From sequence record SRR31156797_2537: a stretch of 38,028 bases of DNA, one strand, 5' to 3'. The translations under genes and the position numbers were made by a program. Under the pieces are notes generated by a model. That model searched no databases. It was not told the DNA's origin and saw nothing but the letters and a program-made list of their open reading frames with translations. Below are positions 36,493-38,028 of this stretch, in pieces. Each line of letters begins with the position of its first letter. The first letter of the stretch is position 1.

Positions 36493-37743
36493 CTAGGGCA
36501 GATCAAGCAAATAGAGAGTGGACGCATCAACGATGTCAATACCAGGTAGGAGTTTCTGCTTAACTTCACCGCTCTTGGTCGCAACCACAGCAAAATCGTC
36601 ATCGTTGATCACACCAATATGCTTGTCATCAATGAGCCAAAACCCCTCAAGCTTGTCGTGCGGATATCGATTCGGCAAGCTCTCAACCAAATCAAGAGCC
36701 AGCGACTTGCGTACCGGTTGGATGCCAGCGGCTGCCAATGCCGTTTCGTCGAGTTGTTCAAGGGTTTTACCATCCACCACCATGCCGCCCAAAGCATCAA
36801 AAGAACCGGAAACATCGGTAGCACCTTCAATATCGACAAAATAGATATGCTTTTGGGCAGTTTCTTTGCCGCTGAATTTGCCATCTCGTTCCACCACCAG
36901 GAAGGTTGTTGCGGATAAAGCAACAATTTCACTGTTGGCATTCCATGGTTTTTCCTGAAGATAAAGATACTGCTGGGTTGAAGCGTCCGCAAGGTTGAAG
37001 AAGAGCATGCGGGTCAGCTGGGTATTGGTGACTTCTTTCTTACTCGGGTTAAAAAGGGTAGACTGCATGATACCAACCAACTCCTTGCCACCCGGCGTAA
37101 CGGCAAGCCCCTCCATCCCTCGATTTGGCCGTCGTCGTTTGAACACCGCAGGCAACTTTCGGCTGCCGGTATCAACTCCCAACGGACTGATCCGTTCGAG
37201 CTCTCGGCCTTCGCTGTCAAAGTGAATCAGGTGTGGACCATATTCATCCGAAACCCAGAAATCACCGTTCGGTAGTGCCACCAGCCCCTCACCATCTATG
37301 CCGTAAGGGTCGAACTGCAACAAATTACCCGCGTTGTCATACGGAATCTCACCGGTAGCACCTTTACCTTCGGGATTGGGCAGGCCGGTTAATGGCTCCC
37401 CCTTGGGGTTGCGCAAAATGATATCGCGAAGGTGAGTAATACTGCCATCCTCCTGCAGAGCAAACAAACCAATGCGCGGATTGTACCCTGGAACCGGGAA
37501 CTTCTTTCCCTTACCTGCAGAACCTGTGTATTTGGCGTTTGGCCCTCGATCTGTAAGAGCATAAAACTGATTCTTTTCAGTAGGATGAGCTGTTGCAGCG
37601 GAACCATAGCCCCCGTTGCGAACCTCCGTACCATTATTTAGAGTAGTTAACACCTCATAGGGCAACGGTGCTCCAGTCTGGGCGACCGAAAAGGCTGGGA
37701 GAGAAAAAGTAAAAAGGGCAAGTGACAGCAATGGTTTGTACAT
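36493..37743 (-). CDS. Exported esterase-like activity of phytase family protein (beta-propeller)
   Basis: Signal peptide; 'LTDRGPN', 'DGEG', 'SDEYGP', 'NRGMEG', 'VVERD', 'KLEG', 'INDDDF'. Confidence 0.88.
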   Translation of the reverse strand: MYKPLLSLALFTFSLPAFSVAQTGAPLPYEVLTTLNNGTEVRNGGYGSAATAHPTEKNQFYALTDRGPNAKYTGSAGKGKKFPVPGYNPRIGLFALQEDGSITHLRDIILRNPKGEPLTGLPNPEGKGATGEIPYDNAGNLLQFDPYGIDGEGLVALPNGDFWVSDEYGPHLIHFDSEGRELERISPLGVDTGSRKLPAVFKRRRPNRGMEGLAVTPGGKELVGIMQSTLFNPSKKEVTNTQLTRMLFFNLADASTQQYLYLQEKPWNANSEIVALSATTFLVVERDGKFSGKETAQKHIYFVDIEGATDVSGSFDALGGMVVDGKTLEQLDETALAAAGIQPVRKSLALDLVESLPNRYPHDKLEGFWLIDDKHIGVINDDDFAVVATKSGEVKQKLLPGIDIVDASTLYLLDLP

Positions 37744-37996
37744 GAACTACCTCTTTGAGAAAGGTTGAAAGCAGAGATTAACAAACAGAGACCTGCCAAC
37801 GTATCAGTATTATATTAAAAATATGTGAGAACTTGATTATCTCTGAGTTTGCTCTCAACACCACATAAAATTAGCGTCACGTTACTTTGATTACTTTCAA
37901 CTGCAACGTCGCTCATTCAAACCATTTCACAGCAAGAATACTTCTATTGGAACAGCTAGTTTTCAGTATCAGCGGATCATAATGCTGGCTCCTATT

Positions 37997-38028
37997 TCCC
38001 ATCCTTCCATCCTTCCATCCTTCCATCC
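37997..38028. repeat. 8-bp tandem repeat (TTCCATCC)n running off the window end
   Basis: TCCCATCC followed by three exact TTCCATCC units to the last base. Confidence 0.8.

Noticed and set aside
1-38028. CRISPR array, integrase/transposase, prophage or defence genes; many short antisense ORFs
   Set aside because: No regularly spaced repeats or recognisable mobile or defence proteins were seen; the short ORFs are shadows of well-supported CDS.

Overview
A 38-kb bacterial chromosomal window of about 30 CDS. Gene content and style suggest an anaerobic deltaproteobacterium (Desulfobacterota-like), which is inference and not proven. From left to right it contains: an HDOD / HD-GYP / hybrid kinase signalling trio; an MFS remnant and two ORFans; ATP-grasp plus O-acetylhomoserine sulfhydrylase divergent from a LysR; gloA plus gshA; a tRNA-Glu 3'-half remnant directly behind RNase Z; a TetR-led cluster of exported sulfur-carrier proteins; a SOS1-like Na+/H+ antiporter; a PNPOx-like plus rifampin-phosphotransferase-like dikinase pair; lipocalin, NhaP and an RND pump; uvsE; a coupled three-gene operon; a phytase-like esterase; two MITE-like elements; and a terminal 8-mer tandem repeat. 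The best candidate for an undescribed system is the operon at 31787-36239. It encodes a 782-aa hypothetical protein with hidden glutamate-cysteine-ligase/GS-fold motifs, a pyruvoyl PSD-like decarboxylase, and an atypical Lgt-like diacylglyceryl transferase, suggesting a novel lipid or lipo-amino-acid biosynthetic pathway. All family calls come from reading motifs by eye; no searches were run.
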